Shown here: positions 9,724-13,481 of the stretch, piece by piece
Layout: each line of letters opens with the position of its first letter
How positions within the stretch are numbered: position 1 is the stretch's first letter
Translations under genes and position numbers: made by a program
Source: Octopus sinensis
Lineage: Eukaryota
Direction: 5' to 3'
Length of the DNA stretch: 13,481 nucleotides
Assembly: GCF_006345805.1 (NCBI RefSeq)
Contig: NW_021826081.1
Coordinates: 1 to 13,481, forward strand
The notes under the pieces: generated by a model
Database searches by the model: none
Told to the model about the DNA's origin: nothing
What the model saw: only the letters and a program-made list of their open reading frames with translations

Positions 9724-10190
9724 TTCCTTCTTCATCTTTTCCTTCTTCTTTTCTCCTCTCCTCCTTCCTCCTCCTCCTCCTCATCATAACCATCGTCATC
9801 ATCATTATCGTATCATCTGCAATATTATCATCACCATCATGATCGTCATGATCATCGTCATAATATTCATCATCATTATCATCATCATATCATCATCATC
9901 ATCATCATCATCATAATCATCTACATCCTCCTCTTTCCCTTCCTTATATTCCCCTCCTCCTCCTCCTCCTCCTTCTCGCCATCGTCGCCGTCGTCATCCT
10001 CACCACTACAAGAACCAACAAAGCAGTACCATGAATATCACCATCACCACCGTCGCCTCGTCTTTCTCCGCCATCACCCGGCTACTACCCCTGATACAAT
10101 TTGCACAGCGACCGCAATCAATTCCACAATCTACATCACCACCATCACCACCATCACCACCACCACAACAACAACAACAACAGCAACAAT
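9724..10190. repeat. Compound degenerate triplet block (CCT, ATC, GTC, ACC, AAC)
   Basis: Successive triplet runs; the poly-P/Q/S ORF at 10031 derives from these. Confidence 0.85.
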
Positions 10191-10286
10191 GCAATTATTC
10201 AGACTGTCGGCAAATCATGCGGGTCATTTGCATTTTACTAATGGCGCACATATATATACCTACATATATACACATACAAATATACA

Positions 10287-10531
10287 TTCTTTTATTCTTT
10301 TATTTGTTTCAGTCATTTGACTGCGGCCATGCTGGAGCACCGCCTTTAGTCGAACAAATCGACCCCAGGACTTATTCTTTGTAAGCCTAGTACTTATTCT
10401 ATCAGTCTCTTTTGTCGAATCCCTAAGTTACGGGGACGGAAACACACGAACATCGGTTGTCAAGCGATGGTAGGGAGACAAACACAGATACACAAATACA
10501 TACATTCATGCATACATACAAATATAATATA

Positions 10532-10566
<35 letters not shown>

Positions 10567-10609
10567 ATATATATTATTATATATATACATATATATAATA
10601 CATATATAT

Positions 10610-10682
<73 letters not shown>

Positions 10683-11006
10683 TATATGTACTATATATAT
10701 ATTTAACTCAAACAATATCATATTATATATATATTATATATATATTATATAATATATATATATATTATATATATATCATATATATATATATATATATCTA
10801 TTATATATATATATATATTATATATATATATATCATATATATTTTATACACGACAGGCTTTCAGTTCGTCAACCAAATCCACTCACAGGTTTTGGCTGGC
10901 TTGAGGCTATATGGTAGAAGACACTTACCCAAAGTGCCACGCAGTGGGACTGATCCCGGAACCATATGGTTGGGAAGCAAGCTTCTTACCACAGAGCCAC
11001 GCCTGT
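10287..11006 (-). mobile_element. Full-length SINE family A with a 361-nt internal (TA)-rich expansion
   Basis: Minus strand head: A box tggctctgtgg (10999-10989) and B box-like gggatcagtcc (about 10957-10947), then CORE-like actttgggtaagtgtc. Spacer at 10489-10849. The 3' half matches 1336-1514 and ends in an (aataaaag)-type tail. Confidence 0.92.
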
Positions 11007-11008
11007 GT

Positions 11009-11114
11009 CTATACATACATACATATATACATACATACATACATACATACATGTATGTATGTATGTATATCGGGCGTGTGTGTGGGAATGATAAGCATTT
11101 ATTTACACCACATT

Positions 11115-11143
<29 letters not shown>
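11009..11143. repeat. (TACA)n/(TATG)n and (CA)n microsatellites
   Basis: Directly visible. Confidence 0.9.
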
Positions 11144-11146
<3 letters not shown>

Positions 11147-11305
11147 TCAACCACTTCCGGTATATAGATTAAAATTATATTACGCTTTGCTGCATAATTT
11201 CAATTTTGCTGATTTCTATGGCTGTGGTTTCGCTTAATTGCCATGCAAATACAAACAAGCTCATCCCCTCCAGTTAAACATACGGACTCATATGTGAATG
11301 CATGC

Positions 11306-11338
<33 letters not shown>

Positions 11339-11382
11339 TGTATGTATGTATGTATGTATGTATGTATGTATGTGTGTGTGTG
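11306..11382. repeat. (TATG)n followed by (TG)n
   Basis: Directly visible. Confidence 0.93.
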
Positions 11383-11654
11383 TAGAGGTCATGTTCTGGC
11401 TATATTTAAATATTTGTGTCGCAGAGAAATTCTCTGTCACGTCACCATCTTAACACATTGATACATTAATATCACCAATGTTTACTCTTTCATTGGAGAG
11501 CTACTTCCGACCACCCTTACCTCATTAATATTCAAAACTGCCATTTTGTCGCCCTGTTTGTTTCGTTGCCACCATATTGTTTAATTAGCTCTCTTATTTA
11601 TTCTCTGTTAATTTACTTTTATTTCTCTCATTATAACAGTGAAACATTCGTTGC

Positions 11655-11760
11655 TGTTATAGTTGTTGTCTCTTCTTGTTCTTGTTCTTCTTGTTCTTCT
11701 TGTTCTTCTTGTTCTTGTTCTTGTTCTTCTTCCTTTACCCCTCCTCCCCTCCTCCTCTTC
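11655..11760. repeat. Degenerate GTT/(TCTTGT)n/(CCT)n repeats
   Basis: Directly visible. Confidence 0.85.
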
Positions 11761-11992
11761 GCCGTTTCTTCTTTTGTATTCTCCTGCCATATTCTTCGCC
11801 ATCTATTATCTCAACTTATCTGTCCCCCCCAAACCCTGTCCTCACATACCCCCACCCCCACCCCTGTCTTTTTGCAGTTGTTCTCGCGTAACCCCCCCCC
11901 CACCACACCCAGCGGTTTGTATCATTTGGTTTATTGTGGGGAACCACATTGAAGACATGGCGGAAAGATAACAACCGTCCAAAACAAACTTC

Positions 11993-12007
11993 ACTCTACT
12001 ACTACTA

Positions 12008-12068
<61 letters not shown>

Positions 12069-12310
12069 CACTGTAGTAGACGTCGTCGTAGTAGTAGTAG
12101 TAGTGGCAGTAGCAGTAGTAGTGGCAGTAGTTGTAGTAGTGGTGGTGGTGGTAGTTGTGGCAGTAGTAGTAGTAGTAGTAGTGGCGATAGTAGTAGTATT
12201 AATAGTAGTAGCAGTAGTGGTGGCTGTAGTAGTAGTGGCGGTAGTAGTAGTAGTGGCTGTAGTAGTAGTAGTGGCGGTAGTAGTGGTAGTAGTAGAATTA
12301 GTAGTAGTAA
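11993..12310. repeat. Compound (CTA)n/(CCT)n/(CAC)n followed by (GTA)n/(GTG)n/(GCA) triplet array
   Basis: Directly visible; source of the poly-Y/S/T/V ORFs. Confidence 0.95.
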
Positions 12311-12340
12311 TAAGAATGATGTTAATGTATATATAAATAA

Positions 12341-12756
12341 CTAGCAGTATCGCCCGGCGTTGCTCGGGTTTGAAAGGGAAATAACTATAAAGCATTTTTA
12401 GAGAGTTATAGCCAAAATATAGCAAAAAAATGCATTAAAAATGGAAAAAAAATTATGGTAATTTTTTTTAAAAATCGTTGACTCATCGTAGACATTTTTA
12501 GAGAATTACTTCCCTTATATAATAGCGAAAAAATGCATTAAAATGGAAAACTTTTGTATTCCCCTGCCATATTCTTGGTAATTTTTTTTTTAAATCGTAG
12601 ACTCATCGTAGACGCGCGCTAATACCCAGAAGGGCTCGATATGAATCACGACTATAAGATACCCGGTTTTGGTTAAACTGCACCGCAAAATGTGGGAGTA
12701 GTTAGGAATCTAAATCGGAGTAGACAGACACACAACCTTTCTTTTATATATAAATA
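12341..12756 (-). mobile_element. Non-autonomous Helitron (rolling-circle transposon) with an internal diverged tandem duplication
   Basis: Minus strand 3' end: GC-rich imperfect palindrome cccgagcaacgccggg (12368-12353), 8 nt before a terminal CTAG followed by T, the canonical Helitron terminus. Internal units 12393-12492 and 12493-12612 both run catttttagaga...actcatcgtaga. The 5' TC terminus is not clean, so that boundary is approximate. Confidence 0.8.
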
Positions 12757-12782
12757 ATATATGTAATGTATGAATGTTTGCG

Positions 12783-12981
12783 CGTTTGTCGATCTGCACT
12801 TGACAACTGGTGCTGGTTTGTTTACGTTCCTGTAACGTAGCAGCTGGAGAAAAGTGACGAACGTCATAAGTAGCAGACTTAAAAACTGAGTGCTGGGGTT
12901 GGTTTGCATAAGTAAACCCTCCAGGACGGTGCTCCAGCATGACCGCAGTCCAGTAACTGGAACTAGTAAAAAAGAGAAAAA
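12783..12981 (+). mobile_element. Diverged 3' half of a family A-related SINE
   Basis: cttgacaactggtgctggtttgtttacgttcctgtaacgtagc and ggtgctccagcatgaccgcagtc align with 1336-1514; A-rich end. Confidence 0.8.
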
Positions 12982-13109
12982 ATCGTAAGTCCTCACCTTT
13001 CTGTTGCAATTTAAAAAAATAATCTACACAGAGAAGTTCATGAAAGTATTGAAAAGGAGGTGTAGGCACGATGGGAGAGTCTAACAACATGGCGTATTAT
13101 CAGCTTTTG

Positions 13110-13313
13110 TGAAGACAGCGACCTGGCAGAATCGTTAGCACGCCGGGTATTAGCGGTATTTCGCCCGTCGCTATGTTGAGTTCAAATTCCGCCGAGGTCG
13201 ACTTTGCCTTTCAGAGGTCAATAAGTTAAGTACCAGTTGCGTACTGGGGTAGATCTAATCGACTTACCCTCTCCCCCAAAATTTTCGGGCCTTGTGCCTA
13301 GAGTAAAAGAAAT
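13110..13313 (+). mobile_element. tRNA-derived SINE, family D
   Basis: A box-like tggcagaatcg (about 13124-13134) and B box gagttcaaattcc (13178-13190). The central gaggtcgactttgcctttc...gtcaataagttaagtaccag recalls a conserved metazoan SINE domain (Meta/MESC-like; tentative). Short A-rich end. Confidence 0.8.
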
Positions 13314-13388
13314 ATATCCAAACGTTAAAGATTAATACACAATGTTATTAGAAACCATGACGAACTTTTGATCTCCATATGTGCGCCT

Positions 13389-13390
<2 letters not shown>

Positions 13391-13456
<66 letters not shown>

Positions 13457-13474
13457 ACACGCACATACATATAT
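13391..13474. repeat. (AC)30 plus a degenerate CA/TA tail
   Basis: Directly visible. Confidence 0.97.
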
Positions 13475-13481
13475 ACGACGG

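Noticed and set aside
11824-11864. C-runs giving a possible minus-strand G-quadruplex
   Set aside because: Formally possible, but one loop is long and nothing links it to function.
11-12425. Numerous ORFs rich in Y/I/H/T/C/V, poly-S, poly-E, poly-T or poly-Q
   Set aside because: They are translations of microsatellites, which lack stops in some frames; no domain-like sequence.
12393-12612. Repeat-spacer-like units considered as a CRISPR-like array
   Set aside because: Only two diverged units of 100 and 120 bp inside a Helitron; eukaryotic context and no cas genes.
12710-13090. 126-aa minus-strand ORF
   Set aside because: Runs through a SINE and a Helitron; no domain signal.
13391-13481. 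Window ends with CA/TA repeat plus acgacgg, as at the spacer/head junction of family A SINEs
   Set aside because: Only 7 informative bases before the edge, and the expected 3' half is absent upstream.

Overview
AT-rich, microsatellite-saturated eukaryotic non-coding DNA (intergenic or deep intronic). The tRNA-derived SINE families and the repeat landscape point to an octopus (coleoid cephalopod) genome; this is recognition from memory, not a database result. No protein-coding gene can be supported: nearly all listed ORFs are translations of simple repeats or lie inside repeats. The window holds seven SINE copies or fragments from about four families, a non-autonomous Helitron, a 543-bp element embedded in (AAT)n, a 5'-truncated tRNA-Glu(TTC) pseudogene and many compound microsatellites. 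The most interesting signals not explained by these features are: (1) a degenerate Penelope-type minimal hammerhead ribozyme on the minus strand at 6201-6248; (2) a near-perfect 73-nt pre-miRNA-sized hairpin about 65 nt away, at 6314-6386; (3) a 26-nt stretch copied from 780 bp upstream into one repeat unit of the Helitron (templated insertion); (4) a compact pseudoknot-compatible helix cluster at 7733-7814. I found no convincing evidence of a new multi-gene system.
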